Shown here: positions 17,885 to 26,760 of the stretch, piece after piece | How the letters are laid out: the number at the start of each line of letters is the position of its first letter | Numbering within the stretch: the first letter of the stretch is position 1 | Source: Acidobacteriota bacterium | GTDB lineage: Bacteria; Acidobacteriota; Thermoanaerobaculia; UBA5066; Gp7-AA6 | Length of the DNA stretch: 40,814 nucleotides | NCBI GenBank assembly: GCA_003222385.1 | Contig: QHVV01000080.1 | Coordinates: 20,129 to 60,942, forward strand | Direction of reading: 5' to 3' | The notes under the pieces: generated by a model | What the model was told of the DNA's origin: nothing | The model's database searches: none | Seen by the model: the letters and a program-made list of their open reading frames with translations, nothing else | Position numbers and translations under genes: made by a program

Positions 17885-18832
17885 TCACTCCTCCGGCGGA
17901 CCTCCGGCCCGCGCGAGATGCTCCATCTTCACGGAGCCCGCCTTGAAACTGCGCGCGGACGCCAGCATCTTTGCGATCGTCGCGTCGAAACCGGGCGCCG
18001 CCCCGCGATGAAAGCGCAGCGGGTTGACGCGCGCCACGACGAAGGCTCGCAGGTACGGGCTCTGCAGGCCCCGCTCCTTGAGAGCCGCGACCGACTCCGT
18101 CACCGCGCGGTCGAGCTCCAGGACCTTTTCGCTCTTCTCCCCGCGCAGTTCGAGCGCCCGGGGAAGCGGCGCATCGAAGAACTCGTCGATCTTCTTGAGC
18201 ACGGAGTGGTACGCCCCTCCCGAGAACCGGCCGTTCTCCTCGTAACAGAGACCGAGGGTCAGGAAGGCCGGCTCCTCGAACTCGAGCGCGTAGTCCTTTT
18301 CGGCCGACGAGGGCTGCTTCACCGCGAGATCCCGCGCCATCCGGATCGTCTCGAGCGCCTTTTCGCGGAGGTTGTGCGCCTTCTCGGTGTTGAGGGCGAG
18401 GATCTTGTACGCGAGCTCGGGATCCGGCAGCACGAGCGCGGTGACCGACTTTGCTCCGAGCGCCTTCAGCGCCATCAGTCGATGGTGTCCGTTGGGGGTC
18501 CAGTACGACCCGTCCGACCCCCGAACCGCGATGATCGGATCGAGGAACCGGTCCAGCCGGTCGATGACGGCAGCCAGCCGCGAGACGTGGGCCGGCGACA
18601 CGTCCCTCTGAAACGGGGTCGGCGCGACCTTCTCGACGGGCAGGCCGGCCAGCACCTGCCACTTCGAGCCGAGCGGGTCGCGGTAGACGCCGAGCACCGA
18701 TCCGCCGTCCGCCTCGATCTGCCGCTCGAGCTTCGCGACCTCCGTCGGCGCGTCGGCCGCGGCGAGATCTGCCGGAGCCAGGCCCCGCGAGGCCGGCTCG
18801 GCCCCTTTCTTCTTTTTTCGGCGAGGCGGCAT
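17885..18832 (-). CDS. ParB/Srx N-terminal domain protein (orphan)
   Basis: PTPFQR, FLDPII, TPNGHHR (GxxR box) and LNTEK motifs; no parA nearby. Confidence 0.8.
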   Translation of the reverse strand: MPPRRKKKKGAEPASRGLAPADLAAADAPTEVAKLERQIEADGGSVLGVYRDPLGSKWQVLAGLPVEKVAPTPFQRDVSPAHVSRLAAVIDRLDRFLDPIIAVRGSDGSYWTPNGHHRLMALKALGAKSVTALVLPDPELAYKILALNTEKAHNLREKALETIRMARDLAVKQPSSAEKDYALEFEEPAFLTLGLCYEENGRFSGGAYHSVLKKIDEFFDAPLPRALELRGEKSEKVLELDRAVTESVAALKERGLQSPYLRAFVVARVNPLRFHRGAAPGFDATIAKMLASARSFKAGSVKMEHLARAGGPPEE

Positions 18833-18867
18833 CGCGTCGTTTCCGGAGCAACCTATATTGTCACGCG

Positions 18868-19848
18868 ATGCCCGGTGAATGGCCGATCGAGTTCTCCGAC
18901 GTCCTGGAGGCGCGCCGGCGCATCGGTTCCCATCTCCCGCCGACGGCGATGCGCAATTACGCGGCCCTCGATCGAGCCCTCGGGAACGGAATTCGCGTCT
19001 GGGTCAAGCACGAAAACCACAACCCGACGAACTCGTTCAAGGCGCGCAACGCGATGTCGGTGCTGACCACGCTGTCCGCGGAAGAGAAGAAGAGGGGCGC
19101 GATCGGCGCCACGCGGGGAAATTACGGGCAGGGGCTCGCGTGGGCCGGTGCGATCCTGGGCATACCGGTCACGGTCTGCGTCCCGCTCGGGAACAACCCC
19201 GAAAAGAACGAGGCGATGCGCGGCTTCGGTGCGGAGCTCGTCGAGGAGGGCCACGACTACGACGAGTCCGTCGAGGTCGCGGAGCGTCTCGTCCGCGAGC
19301 GGGGCTTGCGCCTGGTTCACTCGACCAACGAGCCGCAAGTCATCGCCGGCGCGGCGACGCTGTCCCTCGAGATCCTCGAGGAGCGACCGGAGATCGAGGC
19401 GATCGTGGTCGCGGTCGGAGGCGGATCGCAGGCGGTCGGCGCGATGACGGTGGTCCGGGAGATCGCGCCGGCCGTGCGCGTTTACGGGGTCCAGGCGGAG
19501 CGCGCCGCCGCCATCCATGATTCCTGGCACGCGGGGCGCGTCATCACCCTGCCGTCCGCCCACACGTTCGCCGACGGCCTGGCGACGAGGCAACCCTACG
19601 ACCTGACGTTCCCGGCGCTTCGACGGGGTCTCTCGGGCTTCGTCACGGCGAGCGAGTCCGAGATCGCCTCGGCCGTACGCCTTCTCCTCTCGACGACGCA
19701 CAACCTCGCGGAAGGAGCCGGAGCCGCCGGTCTCGCGGGCCTGCGGCGATTGAGGGAGGAGCTCTCCGGGCGCCCGGTCGCGGTGATCCTGTCGGGAGGG
19801 AACATCGACGCCGCGACACTCGGCAAAGTCGTTGCAAGAGAGTTATGA
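18868..19848 (+). CDS. PLP-dependent threonine/serine dehydratase family protein
   Basis: KHENHNPTNSFK (PLP lysine), VGGGS, TFADGLA, EGAGAA and SGGNID; no ACT domain. Confidence 0.9.
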   Translation: MPGEWPIEFSDVLEARRRIGSHLPPTAMRNYAALDRALGNGIRVWVKHENHNPTNSFKARNAMSVLTTLSAEEKKRGAIGATRGNYGQGLAWAGAILGIPVTVCVPLGNNPEKNEAMRGFGAELVEEGHDYDESVEVAERLVRERGLRLVHSTNEPQVIAGAATLSLEILEERPEIEAIVVAVGGGSQAVGAMTVVREIAPAVRVYGVQAERAAAIHDSWHAGRVITLPSAHTFADGLATRQPYDLTFPALRRGLSGFVTASESEIASAVRLLLSTTHNLAEGAGAAGLAGLRRLREELSGRPVAVILSGGNIDAATLGKVVAREL

Positions 19849-19913
19849 GACGGCCGGAGGGATATCGCGTCCCGTCCGGACCCGATCGTCGGACTCTGAG
19901 AGGAGGAATCGAG

Positions 19914-20219
19914 ATGAAGAAACCCCGGACTCTCCTGCCTGCGGCCGGTCTCCTGGCTCTTTTCCTCGGATCCGCCCCCATTGCGGCGGTGCCGATCTAC
20001 GTCCGGATCCGGCCGCCCCGGATTCGAGTCGAGAGACGGGGGCCTGCGCCGTCGCGCAACCACGTCTGGCAGCGCGGCTACTACCGCTGGGACGGGGCGG
20101 CCTACGTCTGGGTGCCGGGCCGCTGGGAGATCGGTCCCCGGCCGCACGCGCGCTGGGTGGAGGGACACTGGCGGCACGGGCGCCGCGGCTGGTTCTGGGT
20201 CGAGGGCCACTGGCGCTAG
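19914..20219 (+). CDS. secreted YXWGXW/WXXGXW repeat protein
   Basis: AGGAGG RBS at 19901-19906, signal peptide, and repeats WQRGYY, WVPGRW, WVEGHW (twice). Confidence 0.88.
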   Translation: MKKPRTLLPAAGLLALFLGSAPIAAVPIYVRIRPPRIRVERRGPAPSRNHVWQRGYYRWDGAAYVWVPGRWEIGPRPHARWVEGHWRHGRRGWFWVEGHWR

Positions 20220-20232
20220 AAGCCGACGCTCG

Positions 20233-22122
20233 CTAGTCGAGCGTCACGATCACGAGCGTCCGGTCGTCTTCGGGCGGCGCTCCTCCGGTGTGGGCTTCCG
20301 TCTCGCGGAGGATCGCGTCCCGGATCGAAACGGCGTCGGACGACGCCTCGCGGGCGAGGATCGCCTCGAGCCTTTCGAAACCGAAGGGCTCGCCGGAAGG
20401 GCTCGTGCACTCGACCAGCCCGTCGGTCAAGAAGACGACCTTGTCCCCGGACGCCAGAGGCCAGGCCCGTGTCGCGAACTTCGAGCTCTCCGAGATCCCG
20501 AGCGGAAAGGAGGGCAGAGACAGGCTCGCGACGCCGGCTCCCGAAACGCGGTAGGGGGCGAGTTGCCCGGCGTTGGTGAGGTCCCCCTGTTTCGCCGCGG
20601 AATCGAGGATGAGGAGAGAGAGCGTCATGTAGTTTCGGGAGTCGGTCGAGCGGTGAATCAGGTCGTTCAGCCGCTGGAAGATCTCGGAACCCCGGAGGCC
20701 GGTCTCGATCAGCGTCGTCAGAGCGGCTTTCGCCATCGCGACGAGGAGTCCGGTCGGCAGGCCGTGGCCCGAGACGTCTCCGATGACGATCGCCGTCCGT
20801 CCGTCGGGCGTCGAAAGATAGTCGTAGTAGTCGCCGCCGATCTCGGCGACGGACTGGACGTGCGCGAGCACGCGGGCGCCGGCGAGCTCGGCGGAAGCCG
20901 GAGGGAGAAGTTTCTGCTGGATCGTCCGGGCGACCGCGATCTCCCCCTCGAGCCGCTCTTTGCGAGCCGTGTCGAGGAGGAGACGCTGGATGGAGTCGGC
21001 CATACCGTCGAACGAACGCGCGAGGTCGCCGATCTGATCACGTGACTTCGTGTTGACGCGGACGGAGAAGTCTCCCGCCGCGATGGCGGTCGAGGCGCGG
21101 GTCATGCGGTTGACGTTCCGCGTGATGCTCGCGACGAGACCGAACGCGAGCGCGAGGGCGACGAGATAGACGCAGAGCAGCGCCGCAGCCAGACCACCCA
21201 TCACGGTGAGAATGATCCGGCTCGCGCCCGGCACCCAGTTCGAGAAGAACTCGTTGTAGAGGAAGAGCGGCGACGTTCGTCCGACGACGGCGACGACGCG
21301 CTCCGAAGCCGGCTCCGAGGATCCGAAAACCGCGATCGGGTGAGCCAGGAAGACGCCGACGAGGCTCTCGCGGTGCAGCCAGCCGCGGCCCGGTTTCTCC
21401 GCCGTGCGGGGACGCACCATGTTATTGAGGGACACGTCCGGATTCGGGTCCGACTTCTTTTTTCCAGGAGCGACGCGGACGGTGTAGGCGCGGCCGCTGC
21501 TGTTTCGCCTTCCGGGACCCGCGACCACGGAGTAACCGGTCCGGTCGGCGAGCTCCTGCAACGCTTCCCGGTTCTGCAGCGGAACGAGGAGGAGGCGTCC
21601 CTGCCCGTCTACCGCACGGCCTGCGACGAGCCAGATCCGCTCCTCCTCCAACAGGAACTTCGGGTCCTCCTCGTGCTCCGCCCACGGCGCCAGCGAGCCT
21701 TCGGGGAGCCAGGCGAACGACGATCGGGCGACGCGGCCGTCCCGCACTTCGATCGCGCTCGCGCCCGGCGTGTGATCGCTCGCTTGCGCCGCGATCGCCT
21801 GGAGCTCGCGCCGGATCCGGGTGCCGACGAATTGAAAAGACAGGAGGTAGGCGACCGAGAGGAGAAGGAGCGCGAGCAGAGGGATCGGCACGATGCCGAT
21901 GAGGAAGTACGAGAACGCGAGCCGGAGCGAGAGACGCCGAACGATGGCGCGGAAGGCCGCGCGAACCGCGCGAAACAGGAGCAGGATCCCGGCGGTCCAC
22001 GCGACGATCCAGGCGACGACCCCGAGCGCTCCCAGCCGGTGGGCGCCGCCATCGATCACCAGCAGGAGGCACGCGGTCGCGAAGGCCGTGAGCCATCTCT
22101 TCGTCGATTTGCGGACGGTCAC
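20233..22122 (-). CDS. membrane PP2C/SpoIIE (RsbU-like) phosphatase with HAMP domain
   Basis: TM helices, HAMP segment (GDFSVRV..RDQIGDLARSFDGM), GGDYYD, DVSGHG, TDGL and DDRT. GTG 22122 was chosen as start because a TATCCT box lies 8 nt upstream. Confidence 0.9.
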   Translation of the reverse strand: MTVRKSTKRWLTAFATACLLLVIDGGAHRLGALGVVAWIVAWTAGILLLFRAVRAAFRAIVRRLSLRLAFSYFLIGIVPIPLLALLLLSVAYLLSFQFVGTRIRRELQAIAAQASDHTPGASAIEVRDGRVARSSFAWLPEGSLAPWAEHEEDPKFLLEEERIWLVAGRAVDGQGRLLLVPLQNREALQELADRTGYSVVAGPGRRNSSGRAYTVRVAPGKKKSDPNPDVSLNNMVRPRTAEKPGRGWLHRESLVGVFLAHPIAVFGSSEPASERVVAVVGRTSPLFLYNEFFSNWVPGASRIILTVMGGLAAALLCVYLVALALAFGLVASITRNVNRMTRASTAIAAGDFSVRVNTKSRDQIGDLARSFDGMADSIQRLLLDTARKERLEGEIAVARTIQQKLLPPASAELAGARVLAHVQSVAEIGGDYYDYLSTPDGRTAIVIGDVSGHGLPTGLLVAMAKAALTTLIETGLRGSEIFQRLNDLIHRSTDSRNYMTLSLLILDSAAKQGDLTNAGQLAPYRVSGAGVASLSLPSFPLGISESSKFATRAWPLASGDKVVFLTDGLVECTSPSGEPFGFERLEAILAREASSDAVSIRDAILRETEAHTGGAPPEDDRTLVIVTLD

Positions 22123-22170
22123 CGCCGCGAAGGATAGCCGCAGGCGGGGCGCGGTTAGAATAGCGGCAGG

Positions 22171-22680
22171 TTGAAGTTCTTCCGGCATACGGCGCTTCTC
22201 CTCCCTTCCGCTTTCCTCCTGGGCGTCCTCCTCTTCCTGCTGACGCACGGCCGCCAGGACGCCGGGTTCGCGAGCTATCCGTTTTTCGAGCAGTGGGGTG
22301 TCGCGAGCGCGGCCCGCTCCACGCCGGAGTTCCGGTTCCTGGAGCAGTGCATCGTCTTCTTCCTCCCGCTGTACCTCGTGACGCTTCTTTTCGTGCTCTG
22401 CATCGCGGTCGCGGAGACCGCGCTCTATGGTCCCCGGCGGCCGGTCGCGCGCTCCGCGTTCGACCGCGCCTTTCGGAGAGCCTTTCCGCTCCTCTACCTC
22501 TTGACCGTGGCGGCGCTGGTGATGGCGGGTGATCGGCTCTCGCGGGCGTACGCCCCCGGCGCGCTCGTGACGCCGGTCATCGTGGCGCTCGCCCCCTTTC
22601 TCGGGGCCGCCGGGGCGATCGTGCCGGCCTCGCTCCTCGCCGCTCCGGCGGCGGTGATCTCGCGGGCGAGGGTCTCGTGA
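22171..22680 (+). CDS. hypothetical 4-TM membrane protein
   Basis: Four hydrophobic segments; stop overlaps the guaA start. Confidence 0.65.
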   Translation: MKFFRHTALLLPSAFLLGVLLFLLTHGRQDAGFASYPFFEQWGVASAARSTPEFRFLEQCIVFFLPLYLVTLLFVLCIAVAETALYGPRRPVARSAFDRAFRRAFPLLYLLTVAALVMAGDRLSRAYAPGALVTPVIVALAPFLGAAGAIVPASLLAAPAAVISRARVS

Positions 22681-24212
22681 CGGCGCCCGCTCGTTCGATC
22701 GTCGTCCTCGATTTCGGCGGCCAGTACGCGCAACTGATCGCGCGGAGAGTCCGCGACGCGCGGGTCTTTTCCGTCGTGCTGCCTCCCGACGAGACCGAAG
22801 AGGGGATCCGGCGCTGGAACCCGGCGGGAATCATCCTTTCGGGAGGGCCGCAGAGCGTCTACGACGAAGGAGCCCCGCTGCCGCGGACCGATCCCCGCGC
22901 ATTCGGAGTGCCCGTGCTCGGGCTCTGTTACGGAATGCAGTGGATGGCGCACGTGAGCGGGGGAGAGGTGACGCCCGCGAACGGCCGCGAGTACGGGCGG
23001 GCGGTCGCGCGTCTCGCGACCGATTCGGAACTCTTTGCGGGCCTGGAGCCGGAACAGACGGTCTGGATGAGCCACGGCGACTCCGTCATCAAACCGCCTC
23101 CGGGATACCGGGTCACGGGCTCGACGCCGTCCACTCCGGTCGCCGCATTCGAGGACGCGGAGCACCGCATCTACGGCCTGCAATTTCACCCGGAGGTTCG
23201 TCACACCGAGCACGGCTCGGCGATCCTCGAGAACTTTCTCTTCCGCGCGTGCCGCGTTCGGCCCGACTGGACGATCGAATCGTTCCGGCACGAGAAGGTC
23301 GGCGCGATCCGCCGCCAGGCGCCGGCGGGGTCGGTCGTCTGCGCTCTCTCCGGAGGCGTGGACTCCGCCGTCACCGCTCTTCTCCTGCGGGAGGCGCTGG
23401 GTAATCGGGTCCATCCGATTCTCGTGGATCACGGCCTCCTGCGGGCGCACGAGGCGCGGCAGGTCCAGGAAGCCTTCGGCCGCCTGGGGATCGAGATCCG
23501 CGCCGTGGACGCTTCGGACCTCTTCCTCTCGCGGCTCGAAGGGGTCACCGATCCGGAGGAGAAACGCCGCGTCATCGGCCGGACGTTCATCGAGGTCTTC
23601 GAGAGAGAGGCGCGGGAGATCCCGGACGCGAAATACCTGGCGCAGGGCACGCTCTATCCGGACGTGATCGAGTCCGTCTCGATCAAGGGGCCGTCCGCGG
23701 TGATCAAGACGCATCACAACGTCGGCGGTCTGGCGGAGAAGCTCGGGCTCGAGCTGATCGAGCCGGTGCGGGAGCTGTTCAAGGACGAGGTTCGGCGCCT
23801 GGGCGGGGAGCTCGGCCTGCCGCAGGAGTTCCTGTCGCGCCATCCGTTCCCCGGTCCGGGCCTCGCGGTGCGGATCCCGGGAGAAGTCACGCGCGAGAGG
23901 GTCGCGATCCTGCAGCGGGCGGACGAGATCGTGCAGATCCGCTCGGCCGGGCTTTACGACGCGATTTCCCAGGCGTTCGCGGTGCTGCTGCCGGTCAAGT
24001 CGGTCGGCGTGATGGGCGACAACCGGACCCACGACTTCGTCTGCGCCGTGCGGGCGGTCCAGACCACCGACTTCATGACGGCCGACTGGTTCCGGATGCC
24101 GCACGAACTGCTGGACCGGATCGCGAGCCGCATCGTGGGGACCGTGCGCGGCATCAACCGCGTCGTCTACGACGTCACGTCCAAGCCTCCCGCGACGATC
24201 GAGTGGGAGTGA
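22677..24212 (+). CDS. guaA: GMP synthase (glutamine-hydrolysing)
   Basis: LDFGGQY, GLCYG, QFHPEV, SGGVDS, IKTHHNVGG, RHPFPGPGL and KPPATIEWE. Confidence 0.98.
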   Translation: MTAPARSIVVLDFGGQYAQLIARRVRDARVFSVVLPPDETEEGIRRWNPAGIILSGGPQSVYDEGAPLPRTDPRAFGVPVLGLCYGMQWMAHVSGGEVTPANGREYGRAVARLATDSELFAGLEPEQTVWMSHGDSVIKPPPGYRVTGSTPSTPVAAFEDAEHRIYGLQFHPEVRHTEHGSAILENFLFRACRVRPDWTIESFRHEKVGAIRRQAPAGSVVCALSGGVDSAVTALLLREALGNRVHPILVDHGLLRAHEARQVQEAFGRLGIEIRAVDASDLFLSRLEGVTDPEEKRRVIGRTFIEVFEREAREIPDAKYLAQGTLYPDVIESVSIKGPSAVIKTHHNVGGLAEKLGLELIEPVRELFKDEVRRLGGELGLPQEFLSRHPFPGPGLAVRIPGEVTRERVAILQRADEIVQIRSAGLYDAISQAFAVLLPVKSVGVMGDNRTHDFVCAVRAVQTTDFMTADWFRMPHELLDRIASRIVGTVRGINRVVYDVTSKPPATIEWE

Positions 24213-24234
24213 AGCCGCCCCGGGCGGCGACGTC

Positions 24235-25689
24235 ATGACCGACGCGGCCGATCCGCGCGGGTTCCACATGACGTCCGACGAGTTCCGACGCAACGGCCGC
24301 GCGGCCGTTGACTGGATCGCGGACTACATGGACCGGATCGAGAGCTTTCCGGTCCTCTCCCGCGTCCGGCCGGGCGAGATTCGCGCACACCTTCCCGCCG
24401 TTCCCCCGGCGGAAGGGGAGCCCTTCGACGCGATGCTCGCCGACGTAGACCGGCTGATCCTGCCGGGGATCACGCACTGGCAGTCCCCGAATTTCTTCGC
24501 GTACTTCCCCTCGAACAACTCGGGCCCGGCGATCCTGGGCGAGCTCCTCTCGGCGGGCGTGGGCGTCCAGGGGATGCTCTGGGCGACCAGCCCTGCCTGC
24601 ACCGAGCTCGAGACCCACGTTCTCGACTGGCTGGTCGGAATGCTCGGCCTCCCGTCGAAGTTCCGCTCGGACGGGACCGGGGGCGGCGTCATCCAGGACA
24701 CCGCTTCGAGCTCGGCTCTCTGCGCGCTGCTCGCGGCCCGCGAGCGCGCGACCGGCTTCCGAGTCAACGAGGTCGGCGCCGACGGGAAGCTCACGGCATA
24801 CGCCTCCTCACAGGCGCACTCGTCGATCGAGAAGGCCGTGAAGATCGCGGGGCTCGGGAGAGAAAACCTCCGTCTCGTCGAGGTGGACGGCCGGTTCGCC
24901 ATGCGACCGGACGCGCTCGCGCGGAGGATCGCCGAAGATCGGGGCGCCGGAAAAGCGCCCTGCTTCGTCTGCGCGACGGTGGGAACGACTTCGTCGAACG
25001 CGATCGACCCCGTGGCCGAGATCGGCAGGATCTGCCGCGACGAAGGGATCTGGCTCCACGTCGACGCGGCCATGTCGGGCACCGCCGCGCTCTGCCCGGA
25101 GTTCCGGGGCATGCAGGAAGGGCTCGATCTCGCCGACAGCTATTGCTTCAACCCGCACAAGTGGATGTTCACGAATTTCGACTGCGACTGTTTCTGGATC
25201 GCGGACCGAGAGGCCCTCATCCGCACGCTCTCGGTCGCGCCCGAGTACCTCAAGAACCAGGCCTCGGAATCGGGCGCGGTCTTCGACTACCGGGACTGGC
25301 ACGTTCCCCTGGGCCGCCGGTTCCGCGCGCTGAAGCTCTGGTTCGTGATCCGCCACTACGGCGTCGAAGGCCTTCGCCACCACGTCCGCCGTCACGTCGA
25401 GCTCGCGCAGAAGTTCTCGGACTGGATCGACGCCTCCGGCCGGTTCGAGCTGGCCGCGCCGGTCCCCCTCAACCTGGTGTGCTTCCGCCACGTCGGCGGA
25501 GACGAGATCAACCGGCGGCTGCTCGAGAGGTTGAACGCCGGCGGCCGGCTGTACCTGACCCACACGACGCTCGGGGGCCGATACACGCTGCGGTTGTCGA
25601 TCGGACAGAGCCGGACGGAGGAGCGGCACGTCTCTTCCGCGTGGCGGACGATCCAGGAAACGGCAGCGGAGCTCGAAAGAGAGGGCTGA
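24235..25689 (+). CDS. aromatic-L-amino-acid decarboxylase-like (group II PLP decarboxylase)
   Basis: PGITHWQSPNFFAYFP, SPACTELE, HSSIEKA, HVDAA, NPHKW (PLP lysine) and PLGRRFRALKLW. Confidence 0.92.
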   Translation: MTDAADPRGFHMTSDEFRRNGRAAVDWIADYMDRIESFPVLSRVRPGEIRAHLPAVPPAEGEPFDAMLADVDRLILPGITHWQSPNFFAYFPSNNSGPAILGELLSAGVGVQGMLWATSPACTELETHVLDWLVGMLGLPSKFRSDGTGGGVIQDTASSSALCALLAARERATGFRVNEVGADGKLTAYASSQAHSSIEKAVKIAGLGRENLRLVEVDGRFAMRPDALARRIAEDRGAGKAPCFVCATVGTTSSNAIDPVAEIGRICRDEGIWLHVDAAMSGTAALCPEFRGMQEGLDLADSYCFNPHKWMFTNFDCDCFWIADREALIRTLSVAPEYLKNQASESGAVFDYRDWHVPLGRRFRALKLWFVIRHYGVEGLRHHVRRHVELAQKFSDWIDASGRFELAAPVPLNLVCFRHVGGDEINRRLLERLNAGGRLYLTHTTLGGRYTLRLSIGQSRTEERHVSSAWRTIQETAAELEREG

Positions 25690-25692
25690 CCC

Positions 25693-26760
25693 TCACGGCG
25701 CCGCGAGGCAGGCGGCGATCGCTTCCAATCCCTTCTCGACGTCTTCCGGCGCGCCGCCGTACGCGATCCGGAAGTGGGACGGCGAATCGAAAAAGACGCC
25801 CGGAACCAGCGCGACGCCGTGGTCGCGGAGGAGTTTCCGGGCGAACGGATCCGCGTCGCGACCGTCGCGAAAGCGCGGGAAGGCAATCGTCGCGCTCGAG
25901 GAGACACACTCGAGCTCGGGGCGTGAGTCGAGGAATGCCTGGACGAGAGGCGCGTTCGACCCGACGATTTGCCGGGCGCGATCGTGCAGGCGGTCGAGAC
26001 GGCGGAAGGCGACCACCGAAAGACGGTCCGCCGGGATCGCGCTCCACACGTCCACGGCGTTGCGCGCCCGGCGGATCTCCTCGGTGACCTCCGGTGACGC
26101 GAGAGACCAGCCGCAGCGCAGAGAAGCGAGCCCGTACGCCTTCGTCAGGCTGTTGGTGGAAACGAAAGCGGGGGAGAGCGTGGCGGCCGGCGCGTGTCCG
26201 GAAGAGGCGAGATCGAGGTAGACCTCGTCGACCATGACCGCAAAACCGTGGCGTTCCGCGAGGCGGCCGATTTCGCGCAGGTCGTCCACGCCAGCCAGTA
26301 CCCCCGACGGGTTGTGGGGCGACGACAGGACGACGGCGCGCGTTCGCGGAGTCACCGCCCGCTCGATCCGGTCCGGATCGAGCCGGTAGCCCTCCTCGAA
26401 CCGCCGGTCGAACCGCGACACGTCCGCCCCGAGCATCGTGGCCGCGGCGGCGAGGGGGTCGTATCCGGGCCGCTCCAGGAGGACTTCGTCTCCCGGCCCG
26501 ACGAACGCGGCCAGCGTCAGGAAGTTGGCGCCCGAGCAGCCGACCGCGGTCGCGACGTTGTCGGGTCCGACACCGTAGCGCGCCGCGATCGCCTCGACGA
26601 GCGGCGCAAACCCGTTCGGACTTTCGCCCGAGATGTCGAGAGCCTCCCGCGCACCGGGGAGATCGTCGAGCGAGCACGCGAGCAAGTTCGATCCGGCGAG
26701 ATCGATCGCCGGCTTCGCCCGGTGCTTCGCCCAGTCCATGTAGCGCGCGCGCGCTTTCAT
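25693..26760 (-). CDS. PLP-dependent aminotransferase class I/II
   Basis: PHNPSG, DEVY and SLTKAYGLASLRCGW motifs. Confidence 0.92.
   Translation of the reverse strand: MKARARYMDWAKHRAKPAIDLAGSNLLACSLDDLPGAREALDISGESPNGFAPLVEAIAARYGVGPDNVATAVGCSGANFLTLAAFVGPGDEVLLERPGYDPLAAAATMLGADVSRFDRRFEEGYRLDPDRIERAVTPRTRAVVLSSPHNPSGVLAGVDDLREIGRLAERHGFAVMVDEVYLDLASSGHAPAATLSPAFVSTNSLTKAYGLASLRCGWSLASPEVTEEIRRARNAVDVWSAIPADRLSVVAFRRLDRLHDRARQIVGSNAPLVQAFLDSRPELECVSSSATIAFPRFRDGRDADPFARKLLRDHGVALVPGVFFDSPSHFRIAYGGAPEDVEKGLEAIAACLAAP

Noticed and set aside
19914-20219. Repetitive DNA in the YXWGXW gene as a CRISPR or DGR-like repeat
   Set aside because: The repeats are explained by the protein motif. There are no spacers, cas genes or reverse transcriptase.
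24214-24228. GC hairpin GCCGCCCCGGGCGGC after guaA as a terminator
   Set aside because: No U-tract and almost no loop, and the next gene starts a few bases later.
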